Origin: Myxococcota bacterium
GTDB lineage: Bacteria > Myxococcota_A > UBA796 > SXON01
NCBI GenBank assembly: GCA_040386535.1
Contig: JAZKFH010000037.1
Span: forward strand, 10,430 to 74,429
Direction: 5' to 3'
Length of the DNA: 64,000 bases
Made by a program: the position numbers and the translations under genes. Position 1 is the first letter of the stretch, and each line of letters starts with the position of its first letter. Below are positions 9,536-19,272 of this stretch, piece by piece. The notes under the pieces are model-generated. The model was not told the origin of the DNA. It worked only from the letters and a program-made list of their open reading frames with translations, and made no database searches.

Positions 9536-10421
9536 CTACCACGGCTTCCTTCGCGACTACCGCGAGCGCTCGGTGCCGGGGGAGGCCCGCCTCTCGGCGA
9601 TCCGCGCCCGGCTCGACGCACCCCGCCGCCGCGCGTGGCCGCTCCTCGTCCCCCTCGCGCTCGCCGCCGCCGCCGTGTTCGCGCTCCGCACGCCCGATGC
9701 CACCGACGTGCCGCTCGGCGCGGGCGCGGCGCCCGGTCCCGTCGCCCTCACCGACGCGGTGCGCGTCGACGCGCGGGGCGAGGGCGCGGCCCACCTCGCC
9801 GGCGAGACCATCGGCGTGACGTGGCGCCGGGGCACGCTCGCGCTCCACGTGGATCCCGGCCGGGGCGTCGATCTCGTCGTCACGACGGACGAGGGCACGG
9901 TCCGCGTCGTCGGCACCGCCTTCACCGTCACGCGGGACGCCCTCGGCACGACCGTGTCCGTCAGCCGCGGAAAGGTCGAGACCGACTGCGCCTTCGGCGG
10001 GCCGTCGCCCCTCTCCGCCGGGGGGACGCGCACCTGCCTGCCCCGCACCGCGGCCGGCGCGCTCGGGCGCATCCACGCCCTCGAAGATGGCGGCGCGGCG
10101 CCCGCGGCCCTCCTCGCCGAGACCGAGAGCGCGCTCGCCCGCCCCGACGCCGGGGGCGCGGTCGCGAACGAGCTCGGCGCGGTGCGGGTCGGCGCGTTGC
10201 TCGCCCTCGATCGGCCCGGTGACGCCCTCCTCGCCGCCGAACGCACCCTGCACGACGCGCCGGGGAGCCGCGATCCCGAGCTCCGCCGCGTGGCCGCGCG
10301 CCTCTACGTGACCCGCGGCGACTGCGCCGCCGCCCTCCCTCACCTCGCGGCCCTCGCCGCGGCCGACGCGCTCGGCCCCGACGCCGTCCTCTTCACCCGC
10401 TGCGCCCCGGAGCCCCGATGA
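9528..10421 (+). CDS. FecR-domain anti-sigma factor with helical TPR-like C-terminus (cassette 1)
   Basis: Single TM; VRVVGTAFTV..VSVSRGKV FecR motif; overlaps the sigma stop. Confidence 0.85.
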   Translation: MADYHGFLRDYRERSVPGEARLSAIRARLDAPRRRAWPLLVPLALAAAAVFALRTPDATDVPLGAGAAPGPVALTDAVRVDARGEGAAHLAGETIGVTWRRGTLALHVDPGRGVDLVVTTDEGTVRVVGTAFTVTRDALGTTVSVSRGKVETDCAFGGPSPLSAGGTRTCLPRTAAGALGRIHALEDGGAAPAALLAETESALARPDAGGAVANELGAVRVGALLALDRPGDALLAAERTLHDAPGSRDPELRRVAARLYVTRGDCAAALPHLAALAAADALGPDAVLFTRCAPEPR

Positions 10422-12151
10422 ACCCCCACTTTCCCCTCCTGGCGCTCCTCACGCTCGCCGGCTGCGATGCCATCTGGTTCGAGCTCCCGGGCACGGACGA
10501 CGTCCCCGACACCGCGGCGCCCGACACCGACACCGCGGCGCCCGACCCCGACCCCGACCCCGACACCGACTCGGCGGCGGACACCGACACCAGCGTGCCC
10601 GACACCGACACCGACACCGACACCGGCCCGAGGGACACCGCCGAGGACACCGACGTCCGCGCCCCGTGCACGCCCGCCGCGTGGTCGTGGGGCGTGGAGA
10701 CGACGCTGGATTCGGCCGAGGCGTCCTTCGTCGGCGCCTCCGCGACCGCGGGCTCGGGCGTCTCCCTCGTCGCCCCCGGCGACATGGACGGCGACGGCGT
10801 CGGCGATCTCGTCCTGGGCGCGCTCTACGAGGGCGGCGACAACGAGGGCGCCGTGTACTTCGCGACGGGCGTCATGCGTACCCCGGATCAGCCGCTCGAC
10901 GGCCTCCCGTACCTCCTCGGCGAGCCCGCCATGTCCGTCGCCGACATCGACGCCCTCGGCGACGTTGACGGCGACGGCCTCGCCGACGTGGGCCTCGCGC
11001 CCGGCTGGGGTACGGCCGGGTATGGCTGGCTCGTGCGCGGGCGGACGAGCGGCTGGCCGGCCGCCGGGACCCTGGCCGACGCGGACGCCGCCGTCACCGG
11101 CACCCTCGATTTCTACGACCTCGACAACCGCGGCGGGCTCGGTGACATCGACGGCGACGGCCTCGACGACTGGCTCCTCACGGCGTGGAACGACGCCTGC
11201 GTCGTCTCCGGAGCGGCGGCCGCCGGCGCGCTCGACCTGCCCACGGACTGCCTGCTCTGGACGCACCACACCGGGGTGGACGGCATGGACTCCGTCCGCA
11301 TCCAGGCCGTCGGCGACTTCGACGGGGACGGCCTCGGAGACCTCATCGGCCTCGATGCCGACTGGGGGACGGTCTACCCGCTCCTCGCCGCCGACGGGGC
11401 GCCCTACGGCACGGACCTTCGCGACGTCGCAACCGCTCGCATCGCGGCGAGCGCCCCGGGGTTCAACAACCTCCACACCGTGGACGACCTCGACGGCGAT
11501 GGCGGCCAGGAGCTCGCCCTCCTCGTGGGAGGTGAGGGGGCCGTCCCCTCGGGCGCATACCTCTTCCTCGACACGTCGACGTGGAGCGGCGTGCTCACCC
11601 CCGCGGACGCCGAGCTCGTCATCGGCGCAGGCGAGAACATGGGCTCGCCCACGGTGGTGGGTGACCTGAACGGTGACGGCTTCCCGGATCTCGGCGTGTC
11701 CGTCACCGATCGGACCGGCGCGAGAAATGTGTACCTCTACTTCGGGCGCGCGGTGTGGCCGAGCGCGCTCGCGCTCGCCGACGCGGACGTGCACATCACC
11801 GGCGACAGCGCCTCCCGGGGCACCCTGCGGCTGCCCGACCCGACCATGCTCGGGGACATCGACGGTGACGGACTCGCCGACCTCGTCCTGCGCATCCCCT
11901 ACGAGGACTCCGGCGCCCCAGCGGGGGCTTGGGTCTCGGTGTACCGCGGCCGCGCGACGTGGCCCGCGGAGCTCGGGACGGCGGACACGGACATCACGTT
12001 CGTCGGGAGCAGCGCGAGCCTCGTCGAGCCCCTCGTCGTCGAGGACGTGGACGGAGACGGGTGTGATGACGTGGTGATGGGCGCCAACGCCCTCCCCGCG
12101 GGCGAGACGCGCGGCACCACCTTCGTCCACTTCGGGCAGCCCGCGCCCTGA
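10418..12151 (+). CDS. FG-GAP/integrin-alpha repeat lipoprotein with Asp/Thr linker (cassette 1 gene 4)
   Basis: Lipobox LAGC; DTDTD linker; repeated GDxDGDGxxD motifs. Confidence 0.88.
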   Translation: MNPHFPLLALLTLAGCDAIWFELPGTDDVPDTAAPDTDTAAPDPDPDPDTDSAADTDTSVPDTDTDTDTGPRDTAEDTDVRAPCTPAAWSWGVETTLDSAEASFVGASATAGSGVSLVAPGDMDGDGVGDLVLGALYEGGDNEGAVYFATGVMRTPDQPLDGLPYLLGEPAMSVADIDALGDVDGDGLADVGLAPGWGTAGYGWLVRGRTSGWPAAGTLADADAAVTGTLDFYDLDNRGGLGDIDGDGLDDWLLTAWNDACVVSGAAAAGALDLPTDCLLWTHHTGVDGMDSVRIQAVGDFDGDGLGDLIGLDADWGTVYPLLAADGAPYGTDLRDVATARIAASAPGFNNLHTVDDLDGDGGQELALLVGGEGAVPSGAYLFLDTSTWSGVLTPADAELVIGAGENMGSPTVVGDLNGDGFPDLGVSVTDRTGARNVYLYFGRAVWPSALALADADVHITGDSASRGTLRLPDPTMLGDIDGDGLADLVLRIPYEDSGAPAGAWVSVYRGRATWPAELGTADTDITFVGSSASLVEPLVVEDVDGDGCDDVVMGANALPAGETRGTTFVHFGQPAP

Positions 12152-12213
12152 TGGCGCAGCGCCGCCCGAGCGTCAAAGCGCGCGCGCCGCCCCACATCTG
12201 GCAGGATGGGCCG

Positions 12214-13128
12214 ATGAAGCCCCCACCACCTTCTCGTCGCAGCCGGCGTCGCGTCGCGATCGAAGTGACGCTCATCCTCGTCGGCCTGGTCGGCGCGGAG
12301 CTGCTCGCGGCGCGCGCGGCGGATCGGACGCAGGTGGTGCGCCCTTCCGGCCGGGTTCGGCTGGAGGAGCAGGACGGCGTGCCCATCTGGTACGTCGACG
12401 CGCCCGAGGGCGCCCGGCGGGAGGACTGCGCCGAGCCGCGCGTGATGATCTTCGGCACGTCGGTGCTGGCGGGCATCGCGATCCCACGGGAGGCCGTGTT
12501 CAGCGAGTCGCTCCGGGACCTGGGCTGCATCGAGAACCACGCGGTGCCGGCGTATGCGGGCGAGACGATGCTCGCGCGCGCGCGGCGCGAGCTGCCGGGG
12601 AGCCGGCCCGACGTGGTGATCTGGGAGGTCTCGGGGTCGGCGATGGAGTCCTTCACCTGGGTGGGCCGCGCCGCCTACAACCTGAAGGGGGCCGCCGCGC
12701 CCGCCCCGTGGGTGGGGCACCTCGTGAGCCGATCGCGCCTGCTCGAGCGGCTCTGGTTGGACTCGTTCGAGTTTCCGAAGGACAAGGCTTACGACCCCGT
12801 GGCCCGCTACCAGGACACGCTCACCAGCCTCATGGCGCTCGCGACGACAGAGGGCGCGCAGGTCGGGGTCGTCTTCGCCCCGCCCCTGGACCGCCCGTTC
12901 GCCACCATCGTGGACGATCGGGACAGGTTCTCCCTCGACCTGCAGGGGTGGCTCACGGCGCACGCCGTGCCGTGGCTCGACCTCGCCACGGCGCTGTCGG
13001 GCGAGGATGTCGTCGCGTTGCGGCTCGATACGTGTTGCCACTTCAACGCGGCGGGGCACGCCCGGATCGGGGCGATCGTGAAGGATTGGGTGAGGCCCTG
13101 GGTGGCGGAGTCGAACGTGGAGCCGTGA
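12214..13128 (+). CDS. Membrane-anchored SGNH/GDSL-like hydrolase
   Basis: N-terminal TM; IFGTSV block I; DTCCHFNAAGH DxxH-like block. Confidence 0.65.
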   Translation: MKPPPPSRRSRRRVAIEVTLILVGLVGAELLAARAADRTQVVRPSGRVRLEEQDGVPIWYVDAPEGARREDCAEPRVMIFGTSVLAGIAIPREAVFSESLRDLGCIENHAVPAYAGETMLARARRELPGSRPDVVIWEVSGSAMESFTWVGRAAYNLKGAAAPAPWVGHLVSRSRLLERLWLDSFEFPKDKAYDPVARYQDTLTSLMALATTEGAQVGVVFAPPLDRPFATIVDDRDRFSLDLQGWLTAHAVPWLDLATALSGEDVVALRLDTCCHFNAAGHARIGAIVKDWVRPWVAESNVEP

Positions 13129-13281
13129 TCCTCGTCCTCGTCCTCGGGGCCGTGTCGGGCCGCCTACTCGCAGCCGGGCACGCCTCCCCCTTGCGTCTCC
13201 TGCCAGATGTCATCACCGAGCACCCCACGAGGGGCAGCAGGCCAAGGGGCGCGATGGCGATGAATCCGAACGCTCGCATGT

Positions 13282-14979
13282 TCAGCGGGGATTCTTTGCC
13301 GGCGGCGCGAAGATCAACGGGTACGACGCGATGACGATACCTCCCCCCGGGGGCTCGGGGAACTGCATGCTGTCGAACCGCTCGTGGAGGCAGGACTCCA
13401 CCGAGGCGTCGCCCAGCGTCGAGTGTTTCGTGCTCCGGGAGAAGACGGTGCCGTCCTTCGCGATCACGACCTTGACGACGACGGTGCCGGCGAGCGCGGG
13501 GTTGGTCTTCAGCGCACGTTCGTAGCACAAGCTGAGCTGCGTCGCGTCGCGTTGGAGTACGCGCTCGAGGCTCGTCTGGTCGAGCGCGCCGAGGATCACG
13601 GGCTCGCCGAACTCCATCGCGCGGGTTTCGCCCGAGGCGCGCGCCATCTCCGGTTCGCCGGAGGGCGGCGTGGGCCCCTCGATACCGATGAGCCCGGCTG
13701 TCGCGGATTCGGCTGAGCCGACGACCTCTACCCAGCCGCTCCGGGACATGCGCCCCGAGGAAGCGGTCACGATCGCGGTCCCCCGCGCGAGGGGCACGAG
13801 CGTGCCGTCGACCACGGTGACCACCGCCTTGTCACTCGAACTCCATGTCAGCGGGGGCGCCGTGGCGAGGCGCGCCGGGCCCAGGAACGCCTCGACCTTC
13901 GGGCGGAGGGCGACCCCCGCGTGGAGCTGCGCCCCATCCTCGAGCTCGGGGAGGTAGAGGCGCGGCGCGCACCCCGGCGAGCCGACGCAACCGGCGTCGA
14001 GGCAATCGACGGTTCCGTCCTGGTCGTCGTCGGTGTTGTCGAGGCACTCTGCCGAGTCGTCGCCCTCGTATTCCCCGTCGGCGGGCGGGAGGGGCGGCGG
14101 CTCGGGGTATGCCTCCGCGGGAGGCGCGAACGCGAACGGGTAGGACACGATGACCTCGCCCCCTGGCTCGCCAAAGCGGCACCGCAGCACCTCTGCGTTG
14201 ATGCACGCCTCGACCGCGGCGTCGCCGAGGGTCGTGCTCTTCGTGACGGTGGAGGTGACCTTCCCGTCGGCGGCGACGACGAACTTCACCCACACCGTCC
14301 CCGCGAGCGTGGGGTGCCGCGTCAGCGCGCGGCTGTAGCAGCCCCGGATCTCCGCGTCGCGCGCCTTGATGCTGGCGTGGACGAGGGCCAACTCGAGCCG
14401 CCCGAGGAGGATGGGACTCCCGGCGCTGGGGGGGCTCGTCGTGGGGCGGGCCTCCGTGACGGCGCTGGCCCCCCCGCCCGAGCCGATCGGGCTGCCCTGT
14501 GTGCCGATCAGCCCTCCGATTTCGCCCACGATGCCGCCCCACCCCGGCGACGGGGCTTCCCGGTCGGCCACGCTCACGACGAAGGCCTCGGTGAAGCCCC
14601 CCGCGGACGCGGTGAGGCGCGTGGTGCCCTTCGCGAGTGGCTGCAGGATCCCGTGGGTGACCACGAGCACGGTAGGATCGTCGGATGTCCAGATCACCTC
14701 GTCAGGAAGGTGCGTGCTGCCCGCCTGCACGTAGGCCGTCACGTGCGAGTAGTGGCCCAGCGCGCGGGTCTCGCCGTCGTTGAGCCCGTGCACCGTGAGG
14801 TGAGGGCCGCAGCTCAAGTCCCCGGTGCACCCGGGATCGAGACAGTCGAACAGCAGGTCCCGGTCGTTGTCGACGTTGTCGACGCAGGCCCACATGCCGG
14901 CGGTGCCCTCCGGGGGGCGGGGGTCGGCGCCCAGGAGCATGAGCGCGAACAGCGGGAGCAGCAGGCGGGGAGGCGACAT
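13282..14979 (-). CDS. Secreted protein with two tandem [Cys/Asp motif - Ig-like - AgmX/PglI TonB_C-like] modules
   Basis: CxDNxDxDxDxxxDCLDxxC twice; W(T/S)SxDxxV(L/V)xV twice; CYxRAL..PxLAGTV.VK.V..DG.V..TLGDA.VE.C..F.EP..SYP twice. Confidence 0.85.
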   Translation of the reverse strand: MSPPRLLLPLFALMLLGADPRPPEGTAGMWACVDNVDNDRDLLFDCLDPGCTGDLSCGPHLTVHGLNDGETRALGHYSHVTAYVQAGSTHLPDEVIWTSDDPTVLVVTHGILQPLAKGTTRLTASAGGFTEAFVVSVADREAPSPGWGGIVGEIGGLIGTQGSPIGSGGGASAVTEARPTTSPPSAGSPILLGRLELALVHASIKARDAEIRGCYSRALTRHPTLAGTVWVKFVVAADGKVTSTVTKSTTLGDAAVEACINAEVLRCRFGEPGGEVIVSYPFAFAPPAEAYPEPPPLPPADGEYEGDDSAECLDNTDDDQDGTVDCLDAGCVGSPGCAPRLYLPELEDGAQLHAGVALRPKVEAFLGPARLATAPPLTWSSSDKAVVTVVDGTLVPLARGTAIVTASSGRMSRSGWVEVVGSAESATAGLIGIEGPTPPSGEPEMARASGETRAMEFGEPVILGALDQTSLERVLQRDATQLSLCYERALKTNPALAGTVVVKVVIAKDGTVFSRSTKHSTLGDASVESCLHERFDSMQFPEPPGGGIVIASYPLIFAPPAKNPR

Positions 14980-15208
14980 CGGCGGACCATGGTACGGGCT
15001 CACGGTTGCGATGCGTGCGATCACGAGTCGCGTGCGCTCGGAAAGCTGAGGCTGTTGATGATCGCTCCCGCGTTGTCGCGCTGCCCGGCCCACACGCAGC
15101 AACACGGGAACCAACGGCAGCACGCCCCCGCCGCCCGCGTCAGCGTCGATGGCCGCCTGGAGCGCGACGGGCTCCGCGCGGTGGGCGAAGAGGAGCTCTC
15201 CGAGGTTG

Positions 15209-15789
15209 GCGCTCACGGCGGCGGAGGCCCCTCGTCCAGCGTGTTCTTCCGGAGCAGGCGCGCCCCCACGTCGCGCGTGAACAGGCCGAATTGGACGGCG
15301 TCGAACCCGACGGCCAGCACCCAGGGGGCTTCGGAGAGGTCCCGGCCCAGGCTGCTGAAGTTCACGAGCCCCTGGACGCTCACGAAGTCGTAGAACTCGA
15401 AGCCGCCGCCCGCGATGGTGGAGCCTCGTTCGGGACCTCGCCGTCGAGCGCGCCCGTGACCGACCGGACCCGGGTGAAGTCCCGCCGGACGAGGCCGGGG
15501 TTGCGCACCCACAGGCGGAGCTCGACGTCCTCGCGCAGGGGCGCGACGTCGATCCATCCGGCGGACGTGATCTCGACAGCCTGGTCGAAGGTGCGGCTCC
15601 CCATCACGACCTGCTCGGGCGCGTATTCCGTGGGGGGGATGTCCTTCTCCCCGCTCTGCCAGGTGACCGCCGCGATCGATCCGCTCGGCGCCGCCTCGGT
15701 GACGTACTCCGGCGCGATCAGCGCTTTGTGGAGGCGGGTGCCGAAGCCGCAGGCGGAGAGGAGGAGGAGCACGGGGCGGAGATTCTATC
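15209..15789 (-). pseudogene. Internally deleted duplicate of the lipoprotein gene at 21617-22594
   Basis: Identical to 21613-22611 except for a 415-bp deletion (junction 15425/15426) and one missing GAG unit; leaves a 130-aa frameshifted ORF, 15380-15772. Confidence 0.92.
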
Positions 15790-15864
15790 TCGCTGGGAGG
15801 CGCTACCGGTCCGCTTGCCAACGCGACGCAACAGTGATTTATTGAGCCTTCGCGAGGAGCCCGC

Positions 15865-17091
15865 GTGGAAGTCATCCAAGAGCGTCGACTGAAGAAGGTG
15901 TGGCTGAGCAAGATCGGCACGGTGATGTCGAAGCAGGAGCGTCGCACCGCCACCTCGCTGGAGCAGTTCGACACCGAGTCCTCCCACGCGCTGGGCGAGA
16001 TCCAGGAGTTCGGCGCGTTCCGCGACATCGGGATCAGCCTCGACGAGGACCCGCACTCCGCCGAACGTTGTGACGACGCGCCCGTTGTGAAGGCGTTCCG
16101 GATCAAGGAGTTCGAGGCCCGGATGATGCTCCAGGACCTCGAGGGGCAGCAGACCGAGGGCTTCAAGAAGAACGTCAAGACGGCCACCGCCACCCTGAAG
16201 TCGCTCAAGGGACGCCTCAAGGCGTGCGTGGCTGGCGTGAAGAAGGCGAGCCAGTCGTTCAAGACCAACATCCGGAACATGCTGGCCGACGAGGCGGAAG
16301 CGTACGACGCCCACGGTGAGGCCGTGGACGCGCTGATCGAGGAGCTCGAAGCGATCCGCGACGACGCGCTCGCGCTCATCAACTCCCAGCGGGACGCGAA
16401 GTCCTACACGCTCTCGCAGTACCGCAAGAACGCGTTGGAGGTGCAGGCGGGCCTCTGGCACGAGCGGTGGCTCCTCACGTCGCGGACCGTGAACCAGATC
16501 CTGGCGAAGCATTGGAAAAACGCCGAGGCCGCCATCAAGCAAGAGGTGTCGGCCCTCGGCTACGACGACGCGGACGACGAGGCCTGGGACTTCAACTACA
16601 TCGGCAGCCTCGCGAAGGGCGTGAAGGGGCCGCCCAAGCAACACATCGCTTTTGACGCCGACAAGTTCGACGTTGACGCGAACCTCGAGGCGCGGAGCCT
16701 CTCGGAATATGCGCTCACGCAGGCCGCTCCCTCGCAGGTCGACCGCGGCGCCATCAAGGGCCGGGACGCCAACCTGCTCAAGATCAAGGCGCTCAAGTCC
16801 TTCCAGGACGCGATCCACCGCGACCTCTGCGAGCTCCCCGGGTACGACCAATCCGAGGAGTTCGAGGTGTTCGTGAAGGCGGAGCCGCTGGAGGCCGACG
16901 TGGAGTACGAGGAGCTCAAGGCCGCCCTCATCAAGCTCAAGGGCGACTACCCGGACCACTTCAAGGCGTTCGTGACGAACGACGTTCGTGAGCGCCTCGA
17001 CAAGGATGGCGCGCCCGACAAGGCGCACGCGGAGTGGCTCATGGGCGAGCTGGCCGTGTTCGCCGGGGGGCGACACCTCGACATCTTCTGA
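15865..17091 (+). CDS. Hypothetical protein: coiled-coil N-terminus plus Pol-beta nucleotidyltransferase-like motif
   Basis: 408-aa Lys/Glu-rich ORF; YIGSLAKG..FDADKFDVDANL (GS..DxD). Family call is inference. Confidence 0.7.
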   Translation: MEVIQERRLKKVWLSKIGTVMSKQERRTATSLEQFDTESSHALGEIQEFGAFRDIGISLDEDPHSAERCDDAPVVKAFRIKEFEARMMLQDLEGQQTEGFKKNVKTATATLKSLKGRLKACVAGVKKASQSFKTNIRNMLADEAEAYDAHGEAVDALIEELEAIRDDALALINSQRDAKSYTLSQYRKNALEVQAGLWHERWLLTSRTVNQILAKHWKNAEAAIKQEVSALGYDDADDEAWDFNYIGSLAKGVKGPPKQHIAFDADKFDVDANLEARSLSEYALTQAAPSQVDRGAIKGRDANLLKIKALKSFQDAIHRDLCELPGYDQSEEFEVFVKAEPLEADVEYEELKAALIKLKGDYPDHFKAFVTNDVRERLDKDGAPDKAHAEWLMGELAVFAGGRHLDIF

Positions 17092-17133
17092 TGCCGAGGA
17101 GGCCGGGCGGACGCGAGGCCGGACCGCCCGCCT

Positions 17134-18339
17134 TTACGCGCCGAGGAGGGTCCCGATCCCGTCCAGGCTCTTCTTGAGCGTCGCGTACACGCCGACGTTC
17201 TCGTAGGGGTTCTCGTCGACCTCACGGAGCACCTTGTCGCGATCGAGCGACTGGCGGTACCGGCTCAGCACCTTCACGGTCTTCGTGATCGCGGCGCGCT
17301 TCTGGTCCTCCGTGCGGGCGTTCGTCACCTCGTCCATCACGTCCACGAGCTCGGCGCCGTAGCGGTCGAGCGCCTTCCCGAGGCCCTCCATCCGCGTCTG
17401 GATGGCCTCGAAGTCCGGGTCGGCCGTGGTCTCGGGGTCATTCAGGACGGCGTCCACCAGCTTCTTCAGCTCGGACCGCGCCTGCTTCTGCGCGGCCACC
17501 CAGATGAGGCGCGACTTCGAGTACGCCGCCAGGGACGGCCCCGTCGCGACGCGCGCGGCGCCGGCGTCGGCCGCCCGGGCCCGGGAGGTGAGCCAGGCCT
17601 TCAGCTTGTCGAGGACGTCAGCGGCCTTCTCGAAGCTCCCGGCGTCCGCGAGCGCCTTCGCCTGGGCGACGAGCTTCGCGATCGTCCGCTTGTCGTCCAC
17701 GGGGAGCGCGCCCGCCGCCTCGAGGTCCTTGGGCAACCCGCCGGCCAGCGCGTGGTAGCGGATCGCCGCCTCGTCGCTCGGCTTGCCGCCCGCCTCGTCC
17801 ACGCCAGGCTCGTCCACGCCACCGTCGTCCTGCTCGGCCTCGGCCTCTTCGGCCTCGGCCGCCGCAGCTTCGTTCGGCTCTTCCCGCTCCATTTCTCCGC
17901 GCGCCTTCTCCTCGGCGTCCGCCGACCAGCTGTCCGCGACGATGATCGCCGTCTTCAGCTCGGGGAGCTGCTTCAGCAGGGTCTTGAGCAGCTTCTGGCC
18001 TGCCGCGGGTGTGACCGCCCCCTTCGAGGCGGCCTTGTCGAGCACGAAGACGAGCCCCTTCTTGGAGCGCTGCACGGTGCCCGCGTAGACGAGGGCCGGG
18101 GCCTGGATGTCCAACTTCAGCTGCTTTGCGTGGTTGAGCACCTTTCCGATCGGCAGCGGCGACATCTTGGAGTGCAAGAGCAGGGGCGCCGGCTCTGACA
18201 GCTTCGCGTCGGGTTCCGCGGACTTGGCATGCGGGACGAACGCGAAGAACTGCGGCTTGTCGTCGAGCGCGCGCAGCAGGGGTTGGATCCGCGCGTGCTC
18301 TTTCTTCACCGCGGCGGCGAACTTCGGATCTACCGGCAT
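17134..18339 (-). CDS. Hypothetical cytoplasmic protein with acidic linker and helical C-terminal domain
   Basis: 401-aa Lys-rich ORF; C-terminal YSKSRLIW..VDENPY..LKKSL; no signal peptide. Confidence 0.8.
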   Translation of the reverse strand: MPVDPKFAAAVKKEHARIQPLLRALDDKPQFFAFVPHAKSAEPDAKLSEPAPLLLHSKMSPLPIGKVLNHAKQLKLDIQAPALVYAGTVQRSKKGLVFVLDKAASKGAVTPAAGQKLLKTLLKQLPELKTAIIVADSWSADAEEKARGEMEREEPNEAAAAEAEEAEAEQDDGGVDEPGVDEAGGKPSDEAAIRYHALAGGLPKDLEAAGALPVDDKRTIAKLVAQAKALADAGSFEKAADVLDKLKAWLTSRARAADAGAARVATGPSLAAYSKSRLIWVAAQKQARSELKKLVDAVLNDPETTADPDFEAIQTRMEGLGKALDRYGAELVDVMDEVTNARTEDQKRAAITKTVKVLSRYRQSLDRDKVLREVDENPYENVGVYATLKKSLDGIGTLLGA

Positions 18340-18441
18340 CGAACTCTCGTGCGTACGGGGAGGGTATCACAACGTGCGCGCGTGCTGTCGTGGCGCTCGT
18401 GCTCACGACGCGCTGAACGCGCGCTGCGGCGGCCGCCCCGC

Positions 18442-19272
18442 TCACCCCGCGCAAATCTCCACGCGGGCGCTGCCGAGCGCGGGGACGTACCGCCACCCCT
18501 GGGCGCTCACGACGCTCTCCACGCCCACCGCGGGATCGCCCGGGGTGAGCGTGAGCGCGCACGTGCCGCAGCTCGCCGCGGTGACGGTGAAGGTGTGGAC
18601 CGCGCGGGCGCCCCCCGTCGGGAGCGTGGCCTGGGTGCGCCAGTCGAGCACGGTCAATACGTGCGCCTCGGCGGCGGTGACCGACTGCCACGCCACCCCG
18701 CTGTCACGGAGGCCGGAGGTGCCGTCCGCCTTGTCCGCGGCCAGCGTGCCGGCGGTGGTGCCGCTCTCGAGCGTGCAGCCGCTGGCCGTGAGGGTGAACG
18801 ACCACGCCTCGACCGGGAGCGAGGGGCTGGTGACCGTCACCGTGGCGGGGAAGGAGCCCAGGGGTACCTCCGCGAGCGTGTCGATCCCGAGCGCCAGCCC
18901 TTCCCCGCAGGGCGGGCTCGCGGTCCGCTCCGCCTGCGGGCAGTCCTCGGCCGACACGTCCGGCAGGTACGGGGCTGTCTTCGCGCCGACCGCGTACCAG
19001 AGCGCCACGATGTCCCCGACGTTGAACGACGCGTCCGGGACGAGGTCGACCGCGGCTTCACACGCCGGCGCCGGGCCCGCGGCGAACGCGGCGCGGCCGA
19101 GGTAGGCGCCGTCGGACACATCGACGTGCCCGTCCCCGTTGGCGTCGCCACCGACGGGCTGCGCGGACGGCGCGGCCTCGAGCGGGCACGTCGCCGGCTC
19201 TTCGGGGGCACCGTCGCAGCCGCTTGTCAGCACGACGGAATACGATAGCAGCGCGGCATGACGTGGTCGCAT
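18442..19272 (-). CDS. Lipoprotein with dockerin-like and cohesin-like domains
   Basis: Lipobox LTSGC; GDANGDGHVDVSD..DLVPDASFNVGD paired EF-hand-like repeats; then a beta-sandwich (VEAWSFTL). Start uncertain because it overlaps the divergent gene. Confidence 0.7.
   Translation of the reverse strand: MRPRHAALLSYSVVLTSGCDGAPEEPATCPLEAAPSAQPVGGDANGDGHVDVSDGAYLGRAAFAAGPAPACEAAVDLVPDASFNVGDIVALWYAVGAKTAPYLPDVSAEDCPQAERTASPPCGEGLALGIDTLAEVPLGSFPATVTVTSPSLPVEAWSFTLTASGCTLESGTTAGTLAADKADGTSGLRDSGVAWQSVTAAEAHVLTVLDWRTQATLPTGGARAVHTFTVTAASCGTCALTLTPGDPAVGVESVVSAQGWRYVPALGSARVEICAG

Noticed and set aside
10500..10650. CRISPR-like short repeats (also 23930-23990 and 47690-47765)
   Set aside because: These are GACACC-type codon repeats encoding Asp/Thr linkers inside CDSs; there are no spacers or cas genes.
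13125..13334. Short ORF starting at a GTGA overlap after the SGNH-like gene (MILVLVLGAV..)
   Set aside because: Could be a remnant of a membrane-protein gene, but it is too short and has no motif to support a call.
15040..15208. Possible transposase or other gene remnant beside the duplication breakpoint
   Set aside because: No recognisable motif or terminal inverted repeat in any frame.
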